Shown here piece after piece: positions 13,888 through 25,779 of a stretch of DNA of 64,000 nucleotides (its first letter is position 1; every line of letters begins with the position of its first letter). Below the pieces are notes generated by a model. The model saw only the letters and a list, made by a program, of their open reading frames with translations. It was not told the DNA's origin and searched no databases. Both the position numbers and the translations under genes were made by a program. The stretch spans positions 5,334,001-5,398,000 of the forward strand of contig CM075997.1 of assembly GCA_038087875.1 (NCBI GenBank), given 5' to 3'. The stretch comes from Malacoraja senta (taxonomy: Eukaryota).

Positions 13888-14518
13888 TTAAACAATAGCA
13901 ACAGCACTCGATATTGAGTTAGCAAACAGCCCTCCATCGGCAATCGGCCGATGGTAGTATTGCTGAAACACAAGTTCATTTTTACAACCTGCGGCTTTTA
14001 ATATATGGTCGATGGGAACGTCCATCGCCCTGGCCGCGGATGTTGCTACTGCGCTAGTGGAATGAGATGTAAACACATAAATGTTAATTCCTGCCTGAAC
14101 CAATTCTTGCTTTAACCACCTTGAGATAGTCTGAACTGCCACTCTTTTATGTTGGCTTTTTGTAACTGACAAATAATCCTGTTTCTTCTTGTCTTAAAGC
14201 CCTTGTGGCTTCAATGTAATGTAACAAATGTGTCCTTACACATAAACATGGAGCTGTAGGATATGCTGAGAACACAATCTTAAAACCTGTCACACCTGGC
14301 CTGCTTTGTTTGAGCAGGTCAGAAATATAAAACAGAACATTTTCTGTATTCACTTCCATTCTCTCGAACTGAAGTTTTTGCAAAGTCTGCACTCTCTGTA
14401 CTGACACCAATGCCATTAGCATAGCCAATTTCATGGTTAATTTTAACAAAGTTATAGACGTGACAGGGACCCAATGACGAAGTATGTTACGAACAACGCT
14501 TACCTCGCAGATTACCAT
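13888..14518 (-). pseudogene. DIRS tyrosine recombinase remnant
   Basis: LTMKLAMLMALVSVQRVQTLQKL and FTSHSTSAVATSAA...ILKAAGCKNELVFQQYY. Frameshifted at ~14160; HSTR is changed to HSTS. Confidence 0.85.
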
Positions 14519-14997
14519 ATACCTAGGCTTAGGCGGTTTGGAATTAGATTCCTTTCATCAATCTAGATATGAGAGGGTGAGAACCTATACTTTGTGTCCG
14601 TGTACCTATTACAAGATATGCGGACAAAGCACTTCTAGCTGTATTGATAGCAGTATAGCTAAGACCTTCATCATAATAAAGTGTAGATAAACTCTAACAC
14701 ATTTTCAATAACTACAGTATCATATTGAATATTCTTTTGAACACAATATTGTTCCTTTTTTTTTTTTTTTTTCATAAGTCATATACTGTTTTTGAGTACT
14801 CTTTCTCCAGACTGCAGCGAGTATATACACCGTTGGCCTAGAAAGTCCTCGACCAATGTAAGGCATTCTTGAAACCTGCAAACTAACAGATCCATACCGT
14901 CACATAACGGATGAACTTAATGCGTTACTGGATGCTCCAGCAAATTCCTACTGTTTGGAATCAGCAAAAAAAAGGTTGGATCGCTATCTGTAACATC

Positions 14998-15151
14998 AAA
15001 GGGAACCATGGTTGAATCAGGCAATTTGGTATCACCAAAACCCCTGAAGCGGCATCCTGCTTGATTTTCTCAAACACCGACCTATGAGGCAGAATGGTGG
15101 GAAAATGTACACAAACATATCATCCCAATTTAGTGAAAAAGCATCAATTGC
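14998..15151 (-). pseudogene. DIRS methyltransferase-like (Dam-type) domain remnant
   Basis: Manual translation AIDAFSLNWDDMFVYIFPPFCLIGRCLRK/KQDAASGVLVIPNCLIQPWFPL with one frameshift; DAF..W....Y.FPP motif. Confidence 0.75.
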
Positions 15152-15229
15152 CACTACCCCTGGATCTGGTGCCTATGAAACATATTTTGGCCTTCCATAT
15201 AGAAGTACTATGTTCTTGAACACATCCTG

Positions 15230-16511
15230 GTTCCACATCCACTCTGTGTTATGATGGAATTTTCGTGAGCTGCCATCTGGTACTACATTAAGTTTCCCTG
15301 GCAGATAGATAGCTCCAATCCAAATCTCTTTATCCCTACTCCAGGTCCAATTGTATTTGCCAACCTGTCACATGATAACAATTTGATTCCACCCATGTGA
15401 TTCATATCAGCAACTGCTGTAGTGTTGTCTATTTTGCACTGCACATGCAAACTAGTTTAGTTAGTGCCATAAGCCTTGAGTCCATAAAATACTCCTGGTT
15501 AATTCCCCATGTATGCAGAAGCAATGTTCATCTGTCTCCACCGCTTGACCTTGTATCAGTAGCACCCTACCCAAGTGCTCTGACATCGGTCTGCAAATCA
15601 TGGAAGCTTGGTCCAATAACACTTTGGAATTACTAGTGGACACATGCTGAATCCACCATTGTACATCAGCAACAGCCTCTATTGAAAGAAGCATAGGTCT
15701 ATTATAATGACCCCAATGTATCCTCAATGCTTGTTCCTTTGACCTTTGTAATTGTAGATAATAAAGTGGCCATATTGAACTGCTGGAAATGCTGCCAGCC
15801 ATTACCACAGCAGTCTTGTCACCTGGCTAATTGAAGGCTGTGTGTTAGCAATTAACTTGATATAGCTCTTAATTAGCTGTACCCTTTTTTGCCTGGGCAA
15901 GGTCACAATGATGTTGATTAAGTCCATTGTGAACCCAACTAGTCAATTTGTGTCACAGGTATAAATTTAGATTCCTCAGAATAGCTTATAAAGCCCAATT
16001 AAAAATTGGTTTTTACCAACTGCCACTGATGCTTCAGCTGTTTCCTTTGATTGTCCTACAATCAAGATATTATCTAGCTAAACCATGATCACATGACCTT
16101 GACTTCTCTTCATGCCTAGAATAGGTTTTAACAACTTTGTAATCCCTCTAGGAGCTGAAGACAAACCATTAGGCAGTGGATTGTATTGGCATAATTCCCC
16201 ATCCAGCTGAATTTTAAATCTTCTATCCTGCAAATGAACAAACACTGAATCCGCATCTTTAAGATCTCCTTCACAAACGTTTCCATCTTAAAATGTCTAT
16301 ACCGTACAAAAGGGTTAAGCCTATTCAGGTCTGTATAATTCTGCATCCCCCCATCCTTTTTTGGTCTGGGAAAGATATTGGACACAAACTGATGGCTTTG
16401 GTAAACTGCCTTAGCAATTACACCTTTATTACATAAGCTTGCAAGTTCCAGCTGAACTTCCAATTGTTCAGTGATACTGAAGTCAAACTCCTTTTTTGGA
16501 ACATGTTGCAT
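15230..16511 (-). pseudogene. DIRS reverse transcriptase/RNase H remnant
   Basis: FVSNIFPRPKKDGG...DLNRLNPFVRYRHFKMETF. The catalytic YLDD reads *LDN at 16069-16080; multiple frameshifts. Confidence 0.85.
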
Positions 16512-17326
16512 GGGTAAATCAGAATTTGCATTTAAGCCCTTGAATAACCTTCAGTATAAACATATCTGAGGTAAACATTTAATTGTATCACATTAGATCT
16601 GTCTACATGAGAACCAGACCCTCTTACCTCCTTACCACCTGGCATTCTTCCCCGGCCTTGAGCTGGATATCTCACCTCCGTGGCGGTGCTACAGCCGAAC
16701 GCCAACTGCGCTGCATCGTAGCTGGACTCGTCCCTTGCCCAGACCAGTCTGCTCCCTTATAGGGATACTTCTGCTGTGGCTGCCGTCTTAGCCTCCTCCT
16801 CCAGCTCCTTCACCTGCTGTGCGAAATCCTCACCAAACAGCTGTGCCAGTTGCACTGTGCCAGGCTGGCAGAGTGAAGCATATTTAGCATTGATGGTTGG
16901 TCTAATTGCATCTTGCGGAGGCAATTGATCTCAAAGTGGGCACTCCACAATAGCGCCTTTTGTTGTAATTTGTCATGCCCTCTCCATCCACCATCCTGGC
17001 AAAGCTCGTTATACCAGATGCCAGCAACTTTAAAAATATGCTGGAGCTTCACATGCTCCTGGGCTTTCTCCCCACAGTTGATTGGGGCTTAATACTTCGT
17101 TACTGTCTCATCCATTGTCAGCTCCTGTAGCTGATGTGAGACTTGGTAATTTATGCTGGTGGCAAGTTCCTCACCCAGAGGCTCACCAGCATCCGACGAC
17201 ATGGCAACCCGTGCTGCACACGGTGTCTTCTCTGACAGCTGCCTGCCCTCCCTTTGGAAGTCGTCGGACTCAGGGTCAGAGCGTATCTGCCCTTCTGCAC
17301 TCACCTCTTGCAAAGAGGGTGCTTTC

Positions 17327-17640
17327 AAGCAGGCCTCTACTAGGCACTGCCAGCGGAGCCGTCCCCACGGCCTCCCGCCTGCACAACTCCTCCTGGAGTA
17401 TGGCTTTATGAAGCAGGCCTCTACTAGGCACTGCCAGCGGAGCCGTCCCCACGGCCTCCCGCCTGCACAACTCCTCCTGGAGTATGGCTTTATGAAGCAG
17501 GCCTCTCCAAGGCACTGCCTGCTTCCCGCCTGCACAACTCCTCCTGGAGTTGTGGCTTTATGAGGCAGACCTCTCCTAGGCACTGCCAGTGGAGCCTTCC
17601 CTATGGCTTCCCTCCTGTATTACTCCTCCTGGAGCGTCTC
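17327..17640. repeat. 84-bp tandem repeat (about 4 copies, two perfect) in the DIRS gag-like region
   Basis: Units start at 17327, 17411, 17495 and ~17563; they translate as a 28-aa repeat. Confidence 0.9.
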
Positions 17641-18188
17641 TGTGGAGCAGCCCCTGTATGAGCTGCTCCTTTTGGATAACCGCTGGGGAACGGTATCCTG
17701 TCCCCGACGGGACTCTCGTGGCCCGACTCTGCGGAGTCTATAGCCCTTACAGACTTGGCGTATGCCGACCGCCCGACTGGCGTTGGCTGTGTACCCGGCT
17801 GGGCACTTTGCCAAGTCTGTCGCCGCACCGCTACCGGCTTGCGACTCCCCCGAGGTGACAGGCTGCCTTTCAGAGACTGCGTCCCGCAGCTCTCTCTCTC
17901 CTTGTCGGCAGCAGCCTGCACCTTTTACTTGTTCCTGTCTATGGGGGGAAAAAAACAGCAGAAACAATTTATTTACTTTTTCCTAACTCCTCCAAAGTCT
18001 CCCCGACTTTGGTGGAGCTGTATTTACTCACGTTGCAGAAGGAGCTCCGAGCTCCCGCTGCCGTTGTCGCCAATGCGTCCGACGTAATGACGCGCATGCG
18101 CCCTGACGGGGTTCTTCACGTAGTCACTCACGTGACTCCGAAGTAAAATCATCAATAACTTGTAAAATACAGCATCAAATCTTGTGAA

Positions 18189-19496
18189 GGTACACAAAAA
18201 TGCTGGAGAAACTCAGCGGGTGCAGCAGCATCTATGGAGCGAAGGAAATAGGCAACGTTTCGGGCCGAAACCCTTCTTCAGACTGATAGGGGGTGGGGAG
18301 AAGAAAGAAAAAAAGGAAAAAAGGCGGAGGAGGAGCCCGAGGGCTGGGGGAGGGGAGGAGACAACCAGAGGGCTGATGAAGGGGAGGGGACAGGAAGGGC
18401 TAGCAGAATTGGGAGAATTCAATGTTCATGCCCCCATGATGTAGACTGCCCAAGCGGAATATGAGGTGCATTTCCTCCAATTTCCGGTGTTGCTCGCTGT
18501 GGCCATGGAGGAGACCCAGGACAGAGAGGTCAGATATGGAATGGGAGAGGGAGTTGAAGTGCTGAGCCACCGGGAGGTCAGGTTGGTTATTGCGGACCGA
18601 CCGGAGGTGTTCGGCGAAACGATCGCCAAGCCTCCGCTTGGTCTCACTGATGTAGATCAGCTGGCATCTAGAGCAGCGGATGCAATAGATGAGGTTGGAG
18701 GAGATGCAGGTGAACGTCTGTCGCACCTGGAACGACTGCTTAGGTCCTTGAATGGAGTCGAGGGGGAAGGTGAAGGAACAACTGTTGCATCTCTTGCAGT
18801 TGCAAGGGAAAGTACCCGGGGAGGGGGTGGTACGGGAGGGAAGGGAAGAATTGACAAGGGAGTTACGGAGGGAGCGGACTTTGCAGAAGGCAGACATGGG
18901 GGGAGATGGGAAGATGTGGCGAGTGGTGGGGTCACGTTGGAGGTGGCGAAACTGACGGAGGATCACTTGTTGTATGTGACGGCTGGTGGGGTGAAAGGTG
19001 AGGACTAGGGGGACTCTGCCCTTGTTATGAGTGGGGGGATGGGGAGAGAGAGCAGTGTTGCGGGGTATGGCAGAGACCCTGGTGCGAGCCTCATCTATGG
19101 TGGAGGAGTGGAACCCCCGTTCCCTGAAGAATGAGGACATTTCGGATGCCCTGGTGTGGAACGCCTCATCCTGGGAGCAGATGCGGCGTAGACGGAGGAA
19201 TTGGGAGTGGGGGATGGAGTCCTTACAGGAAGCAGGGTGGGAAGAAGTGTAGTCCAGATAGCCATGGGAGTCGGTAGGTTTGTAGTGGATTTCGGTAATA
19301 AGTCTATCACCTGCGATGGAGATAGTGAGGTCAAGGAATGGTAGGGAAGTGTCGGAAATGGTCCAGGTGTATTTGAGTGCCGGATGGAAGTTGGTGGTGA
19401 AGCGGATGAAGTCAGTCAGTTGTGTGTGGGTGCAGGATGTGGCACCAAAACAGTCATCGATGTAACGGAGGTAGAGGTCGGGGATGGGGCCTTGTG
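18189..19496 (-). mobile_element. 5'-truncated Penelope-like element (Neptune-type), RT C-terminus plus GIY-YIG endonuclease
   Basis: Open frame from ~19488 to 18400 containing LRYIDDCFG, Cys linker CNCKRCNSC and NLIYCIRCSRCQLIYISETKRRLGDRFAEH. 11-bp TSD AATCTTGTGAA (18178-18188, 19497-19507). Confidence 0.92.
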
Positions 19497-19650
19497 AATC
19501 TTGTGAACCTGATTACGGCATGGAGGGCAAACATGTGTCAGAATATGTAAAAATTTAAGCGCCAGCATGTAGCGGTTTGAGGAAGATACAAAACATACAG
19601 ACTGACACACATACAACACACATACAAGCTGAGACTTTTATAGGTATATA

Positions 19651-21243
19651 CTAGACCAAATGGGACCTGTTGCATCCCTGTCATATGGGAGGACTGGTCC
19701 CCCAACGCAACCCATTCCCCAATGCAATTTTGCACCACTAACCCATAGCCCCCGTAGCGTGGTCTCCCAACTGAACTTGTTCCCGAACGTAAGATACCAG
19801 CACTCCCCTGCCTCCCTCAGCATTGGACTTTAAAATAAATTCCAATTGCGTTTCCCCTGCTTGCCGCAGCAGTTCTAATTGCAATACCCATTCGCCCTCC
19901 CCCTCCTGTTGAAGCAGTTGCTGTGACATCCCATTGAGGTGAAAAGTTCAGAGTGTTCCTGTATTGCAACTTTGTATCGAAGTGTGTTGGAAGCAGGCAG
20001 GAATGATTTTAACGGTAAAAATCGTGTTAAAGTTGGCATTTTTAAAGCTTTAATCATCAATAACGTGAAATATAGCATCATCACTGGAAGCTCCTGGAAA
20101 AAGGCTCTATGGGAGAAGCTGCGGCTACCGCTGGCAAAGACCCATTGTGATGTCATTGTGGCACGTGGCAGCATGAGAGCCCATTGTGATTGGTGCACTG
20201 TGAGTGGCATTGTGACATCATCACTGAAAGCTGCTGGAAAAGGCTCTCTGTGAGAATCTGCGGTTACCATTGGCAATGTCCCATTGCGATGTAATTTGTA
20301 AATGACATCCATTGTGATTGGACATCTGTGAGATTGCATTGTGACATCATCACTGGAAGCTGCTGGAAAAAGGCTCTCTGTGAGATGCGGTTTTTGGCTT
20401 TTTTTCAAACTTTAATCATGACTAACTTGTGAAAGATAGGATGAAATGTTCAGTGAACCTGTGTATTGGAAAAATGTGAGTTCGAATATGTAAAAATGTA
20501 AGCGCTAGCACATAGCGTTTTGAGGAAGATACAAAACATAAACACACACACACACACAAGATGAGACGTTTAATATATTTATGTGTTTGTATATTTATAT
20601 ATATATATACACACACACATATATATATATGTGAAGGGGGGGCTTTCTGGAGCGCTAGTATGGGTGTTGTGGGCTGAAGGGACTGGTTTCCAGAGGCCTA
20701 GTATAGACATTGTGGGCCGAATGGTTTCTTGGCTGGTGGCTCAGTCACTCAAGCCTGTTGTGCAGGCAGCTCACTCACTTATGGCTGGTGGGCTGGCAGT
20801 TGACTCATGGCTATTCCTTGAAATTCCATTTCAAGCAGGGTGCAAGGCCACCAAATTCAAGTGCAGTTTCTTACCACTTCAAGCAGGTGCACGGCCACCA
20901 AATTCAAGTGCAGTTTCATACCATTTCAAGCAGGGTGCAAGCTCACTAAAGACAACGAGTCGTGACCTCTCCCTCCTCCATCTTGCAGAGACTGAGCATG
21001 CCCACACTTCTGGGTTTTATAGACCCTCCCCCCTCCCACCAGAAGGGGCGTGTCCTTCATGGCATGATTGACAGGAGAGAGAATCTCAACATTTTTAAAA
21101 CACTAATAACTCTTTTATTTTTCATCGATGGGAAAAATCCTCTGCACCTGATGAGCAGAGCGGGACTGAGTAAGATGGCCAAAAATCACATAATATAAAG
21201 TGCAAACAGGAAGTGGTCAAGATTAGACTTTTAATTATATAGA
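19651..21243 (-). mobile_element. Helitron-like non-autonomous repeat array (a further copy at ~13178-13340 + 18150-18188 + 19497-19650 is split by DIRS and Penelope)
   Basis: Minus-strand 3' end CTAG|T at 19651 with a nearby degenerate hairpin (19662-19678). Minus-strand 5'-like end TCTATATAATTAAAAGTCT at 21243. Segment 19895-20075 is paralogous to the split copy. No TIR or TSD seen. Confidence 0.5.
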
Positions 21244-21245
21244 CA

Positions 21246-21490
21246 GCAAGGCAACTTTAATTAGGCAAGGCAACTTTAATTAGGCAAGGCATCTTTAATT
21301 GAGCAAGGCAACTTTAATTAGGCAAGGCAACTTTAATTAGGCAACACAGCTTTAGCATTTCCAAACCAAAGGCAACACAGCTTTAGCATTTCCAAACCAA
21401 AGGCAACACAGCTTTAGCATTTCCAAACCAAAGGCAACACAACTTTAGCATTTCCAAACCAAAAGCAACACAGCTTTAGCATTTCCAAAC
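21246..21490. repeat. Compound minisatellite: 19-bp unit x~5 then 31-bp unit x~5
   Basis: GCAAGGCAACTTTAATTAG repeats, then GGCAACACAGCTTTAGCATTTCCAAACCAAA repeats. Confidence 0.9.
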
Positions 21491-22024
21491 TATATTTTAA
21501 TATAGGGCACTGACAGGTCAGTAAAACCACTCACAGTTTAGTAGACATGTGATCAGTGTTATTCACATCTCAGACTGAGAGACGTGACCCTCTCGCTCCC
21601 CCCATCTTGCAGAGACTGACTGAGGCACTCCACACTTCCGGGTTTTATAGTCCCTCCGGAAGGGGCGTGGCCTTGGCCAACTGATCAATATCCTGTTGTA
21701 CCTTAGACTACCCTCCTTGCTCTCTCCAGCTCCACAATGTCCTGTGTTTCCTCCAAAGTTACAAATCACACCTCCTAAATTCCCATCTAAGTCATTAATG
21801 TTCATCGCATTCATCGACTGCCCCGGCACTGTTCCTTGCGGTAGGTACTCCACTGGTCATGGACTTCCCATCAGAAAATCCACCCTCTACCACCATCCTC
21901 TGCCGACTACTACCTAGCCAGGATCCCACCTTTCATTCGTCAGAGGGTGGTGATTCTGTGTAATTCTTTGCCGCAGAAGGCCGGAAAGTCAATGGATATT
22001 TTTAAGGCGAAGATTGATAGATTT

Positions 22025-22575
22025 TTGTGTAGGAAGGAACTGCAGATACTGGTTTAAACCGGTTAGACACAAAATGCCGGAGTACCTCAGCGGGACAGGC
22101 AGCATCTCTGGAGAGAAGGAATAGGTAACGTTTCGGGTCGAGACCCGTCTTCAGACTGAGAGAAATGTGGAACAAATGAATGAAAGATACGCATAAAAAG
22201 TAACGATGATAAAGGAAACAGGCCATTGTTAGCTGTGTTTAAGAAGCAACTGCAAATGCTGGAAAATCAAAGGTAGGCAAAAATGCTGGAGAAACTCAGC
22301 GGGTGAGGCAGCATCTATGAAGCGAAGGAAATAGGCAACGTTTCGGGTCGGGTTGTTAGCTTGTGTTAGGTGAAAATGAGTTACAAACAATGAGACTGAA
22401 CAAGACGACTTTGAAGCTGGTACGACTTTGGTGGGGTAGGGATGGAGAGAGAGGGGGGATGCAGGGGTTACTTGAAGTTAGAGAAAGCAATACTGATACC
22501 GCTGGGGTGTAAGCTGCCCAAGCAAAATATGAGATGCTGTTCCTCCAATTTGCGTCTGGCCTCACTCTGAGTGGA
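22025..22575 (-). mobile_element. Penelope-like 3' fragment(s)
   Basis: Same 3' UTR and terminal sequence as 45065-45680, with a second terminal piece nested inside. Confidence 0.7.
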
Positions 22576-22971
22576 AGCAGGCCATTCTGCCCACCAGGTT
22601 CATGCTCACCATTGATCACCCATTCTAGATTATTCCCATTTTGTACTCTTCCCATATCCTTGCGCTCCCTTTCACTCATAGGGGCCCTGGTTACAGTGTC
22701 TGCCAGGGTCCCAGTCACCAAGCTTAAACTGACCAAGGTCTCCTTGCTGCTGCTCCCTATAAACAAGTTCACTGGAAAGTTTATTAAAATACAGTGTGAG
22801 GGGTTAAAAAAAAAAAAGTGAATGAAAAATGAAAACCTGCTGGGTGTTAGAGGGAATAACATTGAACTGTCTGGGAAATTGTCTGGATCGACATGGCCAA
22901 AGCCTTGATGGTGTGGGATTATTACGGTTCACTGTTGCTGTTCATTATCTCATGTGGGTTTTACAGGCTTA

Positions 22972-23176
22972 AGGGCCTGTCCCACTTGGGCTTCATTTGC
23001 GCATCACGCAGATGGCGCGTGAGGATTTTGTACATCCCAAAATCCTGGGGGGGCGCGCGCGATCGCGCGTCACAGCCTACGTCACCACGCACCATGCGCG
23101 CATCACGTGCCCATCGTGACGCGTAAATGAGGTCGCGTAAATGACGCACAAATGACGCCCGAGTGGGACAGGCCCT
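22972..23176. mobile_element. PIF/Harbinger-type MITE, CpG-rich interior
   Basis: TIR AGGGCCTGTCCCACT; TTA TSD (22969-22971, 23177-23179). Confidence 0.88.
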
Positions 23177-23491
23177 TTACTGTCGAAACTGGGCTGCACC
23201 GTTTGCTGCGTGGCAGCACCAGTTCTGAGGGACGCAAAGTGCTAAAGGAAGGCAATAAAAATCAGTGTAGTTAATCGCCATGTGTACCGAGGTAGAGTGG
23301 AAACCAGTCAGCGGAAAGACAATACACAATTACAATCAGCCTACATGTGCCGGAAGAATATGTTTTTTATCATAAACCCAAAATTATACAGCTGCACAGT
23401 GACACAGCGGGTAGAGCCGCCAGAGACTCGGGTTCGATCCTGACCTCGGGCGCTGTCTGTGTGGAGTTTGCACGTTCTTCCAGTGATTGCA

Positions 23492-24165
23492 AGAGTTCAA
23501 GAGTTCAAGAGAGTTTATTGTCGTGTGTCCCTGTTAGGACAATGACATTCTAGCTTTGCTTCAGCACAACAGAACATAGACGGCACGACTACAGGACAGA
23601 TCAGTGTGTCCATATACCATTATATAAATATATACACACATGAATAAATAAACTGATAAAGTGCAAATAACAGATTATTGGCTATGAATGTTCAGAGTTT
23701 TGTCCGAGCCAAATTTAATAGCCTGATGGCTGTGGGGAAGTAGCTGTTCCTGAACCTGGTCGTTGCAGTCTTCAGGCTCCTGTACCTTCTACCTGAAGGT
23801 AGTAGGGAGATGAGTGTGTGGCCAGGATGGTGTGGGTCCTTGATGATGCTGCCAGCCTTTTTGAGGCAGCGACTGTGGTAGGTCCCCTCGATGGATGGGA
23901 GGTCAGAGCCGATGATGGACTGGGCAGTGTTTACTACTTTTTGTAGTCTTTTCCGCTCCAGGGCGCTCAAGTTGCCGAACCGAGCCACGATGCAACTGGT
24001 CAACATGCTCTCTACTGTGCACCTGTAGAAGTTAGAGAGAGTCCTCCTTGACAAACCGACTCTCCTTAATCTTCTCAGGAAGTAGAGGTGCTGATGTCCT
24101 TTCTTTATGATTGCATCACTGTTCTTGGACCAGGAGAGATCTTCAGAGATGTGCACGCCCAGAAA
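23492..24165 (-). mobile_element. Rex1/Babar-type LINE 3' fragment
   Basis: FLGVHISEDLSWS...LYFLRRLRR...NFYRCTVESML...HHPGHTLISLLPSGRRYRS...TAIRLLN; (TCTTGAAC)n tail. Confidence 0.88.
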
Positions 24166-24954
24166 TTCCTCCGGGTGTTCCGGTTTCCTCCCACATCGCA
24201 AAGACGTGCGGGTTAGTGGGATAATTGGCCCTCTGTAAATTGCCCCTTGTGTGTAGGGAGTGGACGAGGAGGCGGGATAACACGGAACTGGAGTGAACGG
24301 GTGATCGACCGTCGGCGTGGACTCGGTGGGCCGAAGGGCCTGTTTCCATGCTGTATCTTTCAATCAAAAATAGGTGCAGACTGCCAAATCTGAACTAAAA
24401 ACACGTAACATTGTAAATACTCGGCAAGTCAAGCAAAGTTTGTAGAGAGAAACAAGCTTAATGATTTAGATTAACGGTATTAACCTTATTGAAAATTCAT
24501 CAATAATTTAAAAATAAGCCACGTGTACCAAGTTACAGGGAAGCATCCACTCTATCCACGCCTTGCACTATTCACTAAGATTCATTGAGATCCCCCCTCA
24601 TTCCATTAAGTCTCTTTGCGATCTCCCCTCGTTCTGACTCTCATAAGTTCGTAAGTTCATAGGTTTTAGGAGCAGATTTAGGCCATTCGGCCCATCTAGT
24701 CTACTCCACCATTCAATCATGGCTGATCTATCTATCCCGCTCAACCCTATTCTCCTGCCTTCTCCCCGTAACCCCTGACACCCAGACCGATCAACTGTCT
24801 CTCCTATCTACGCCTCTCGTAATCTCAGGTCTCCTTGCAACCTCCGGTGTTATTCTGGAAAGGCAACCCTCTTCAACCAAGGACTGTAGCACTGTTTAGG
24901 AAGGAACTGCAGATGCTGGTTTAAACCGAAGATAGATACAAAGTGCTGGAGTAA

Positions 24955-25618
24955 CAAGAGTCAAGAGTGTTTTATTGTCATGTGTCCCAGATAGAACAAT
25001 GACATTCTTACTTGCAGCAGCACAACACAATATGTAAACACAGTACACTGTAAACAGTATAATAAACGACAACAAACTTCAGTGTGCGTGTGTGTAAACA
25101 TCCAGACACGTATACGTACACATAAAAACAAATAAACAATAATAGTGCAATAATAACAGTAATAGTAGATGTAGACAAAAGTGCTGGAGAAACTCAGCGG
25201 GAGCAGCATCTATGGAGCGAAGGAAAAAGGCAACGTTTCACTCTGAAACCCTTCTTCGGTAGTAGATGTAGTTCAGAGCTTATTTGAGTTTGTTGTGTTT
25301 AATAGCCTGATGGCTGTAGGGAAGAAGCTGTTCATCAACCTGGACGTTACAGTTTTCAGGCTCCTGTACCTTCTTCCCGATGGCAGGAGTGAGATGAGAG
25401 CGTGGCCAGGGTGGTGTGGGGCTCTGGTGATGCTGGCTGCCTTTTTGAGGAAGCGACTCCTGTAGATCCCTTCGATGGTGGGGAGGTCAGAGCCGGTGAT
25501 GGACCGGGCAGTGTTCACAACTTTTTGCAGTCTTCTTCACTCCTGGGTGTTCAAGTTGCCGAACCAGTCCGTGATGCAACCAGTCAATATGCTCTCCTCT
25601 GTGCAGCTGTAGAAGTTT
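24955..25618 (-). mobile_element. Rex1/Babar-type LINE 3' fragment
   Basis: HHPGHALISLLPSGRRYRSLKT; interrupted by a Penelope terminal piece. Confidence 0.8.
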
Positions 25619-25779
25619 CTTAAAGGTAGACAAAAGTGCTGGAGAAACTCAGCGGGTGAAGCAGCATCTATGGAGCGAAGGTTTCCATCACTCCATAGAT
25701 GCTGCCTCACCCGCTGAGTTTCTCCAGCACTTTTGTCTACCTTCGATTTTCCAGCATCTGCAGTTCCTTCTTGAACAAA

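Larger units (their letters stand above)
13338..18149 (-). mobile_element. Full-length DIRS1-type tyrosine-recombinase retrotransposon (degenerate ORFs)
   Basis: 35-bp perfect inverted terminal segment (13410-13444 vs 18088-18122). Internal complementary region 13567-13678 joins the reverse complements of both ends at an ATT trinucleotide. Remnants of gag-like, RT, RNase H, methyltransferase-like and YR regions on the minus strand. Confidence 0.93.

Noticed and set aside
21246..21490. 31-bp repeats as a possible CRISPR array
   Set aside because: Units are contiguous with no unique spacers and no cas genes.
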